From positions 1,792,001-1,856,000 of the forward strand of contig CAWGMQ010000003.1 of NCBI GenBank assembly GCA_963823665.1: DNA of 64,000 nt, given 5' to 3'. This document shows, piece after piece, positions 63,317 to 64,000 of the stretch. The translations under genes and the position numbers were made by a program. How positions within the stretch are numbered: the stretch's first letter is position 1; each line of letters starts with the position of its first letter. The notes beneath the pieces are model-generated. The model saw only the letters and a program-made list of their open reading frames with translations, ran no database searches and was not told the origin of the DNA. Origin of the DNA: an uncultured Planctomycetota bacterium. GTDB lineage: Bacteria > Planctomycetota > Planctomycetia > Isosphaerales > Isosphaeraceae.

Positions 63317-64000
63317 ATGTTTCGACTTGGTGTGCGCTTCGTGAAGAATGCCATATGTCGTCGACCGACGGTTTCTCGTGCAATGACGTTGGCAATTACT
63401 GCCGTCATGGCAATTGGATACTGCCTCGAGCCGACAGAAGCCGCGATCGGCGCACTTCAAACAGACTCTCGACCTCGCGACGGCGACGCTGAACGGAAGT
63501 TAATGGCTGAGCTCGATATGACGATCGATTCGCTTGCCGATCATCTTGATCGTGCGCAATTCGATCGCGAATTTGGGGCGGCGTTCCGCCGGTACGGTCT
63601 GGATCTGGACGTGGTTGATCCCAAGGCCGCTGGAGCGCGGCTCGCCGGTCGCCCGGAAACCCCTGCAATCGCGGCGGCAATTGACGATTGGTGTCGCACG
63701 CGCCGGATTTTCTTGGGAGTGGCGTCCTGGCGCAGGCTGGAGGAAGTTGCGCGGGCTGCTGACCCCGACCCCTGGCGCAATGCCCTCCGCGACCAGAATG
63801 ACAAGCCGGTCGCGGATGCGCTGCGGGAATTTAAAGCACGGGCCGCAGATGCTCAGGCGCTCGAGAAGCAGCCGGCGGGCAGCTTGTTGCTTCTGTCTCG
63901 GTTGCTCGACAGGGCAGGTGCTCTGTCGGAAGCTGAGCCGGTTCTACAGGTCGCCAGACGGCGGTTCCCGCGGGATTATTGGTTCTGCATGATGGAAGGT
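63317..64000 (+). CDS. TPR-family paralog 3, N-terminal domain only (frameshifted, runs off the window)
   Basis: AERKLMAEL...AAFRRYGLDLDVVDPKAAGARLAGRPETP...AADPDPWRN...FPRDYWFCMMEG. Confidence 0.8.
   Translation, partial: MFRLGVRFVKNAICRRPTVSRAMTLAITAVMAIGYCLEPTEAAIGALQTDSRPRDGDAERKLMAELDMTIDSLADHLDRAQFDREFGAAFRRYGLDLDVVDPKAAGARLAGRPETPAIAAAIDDWCRTRRIFLGVASWRRLEEVARAADPDPWRNALRDQNDKPVADALREFKARAADAQALEKQPAGSLLLLSRLLDRAGALSEAEPVLQVARRRFPRDYWFCMMEG

Overview
High-GC bacterial DNA, inferred to be Planctomycetota (Isosphaeraceae-like) from DUF1559, LEDRxLL-type exported proteins and planctomycete-type ECF/Ser-Thr kinase pairs. Left to right the window holds: (1) an arsenic cassette (arsR-arsM-acr3 plus three more ArsR-type HTH genes) with a thrice-repeated palindromic operator, bracketed by one intact and one internally deleted Uma2 gene; (2) an ECF/anti-sigma pair diverging from an unusual ClpC-derived gene whose second AAA+ module is replaced by a nucleoside-deoxyribosyltransferase/TIR-like domain; (3) redox genes (DsbD-N-like protein, cysteine dioxygenase, di-heme protein); (4) two ECF-sigma/Ser-Thr-kinase modules, each beside a large exported beta-helix protein and each with its own repeated promoter-like motif; (5) an SAH riboswitch plus ahcY; (6) an ECF-WD40 fusion, two aldo/keto reductases, a Gly-rich exported protein, Uma2, moeB, DinB and acpP-fabF with a coupled TPR/Cys-rich gene; (7) three tandem TPR paralogs without kinase domains. 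Many long genes are split by single-base indels, probably long-read consensus errors, while several other loci are genuine internally deleted remnants. No rRNA, tRNA, CRISPR array, transposase or integrase was recognised. All family assignments come from motif recognition by eye, not from database searches.
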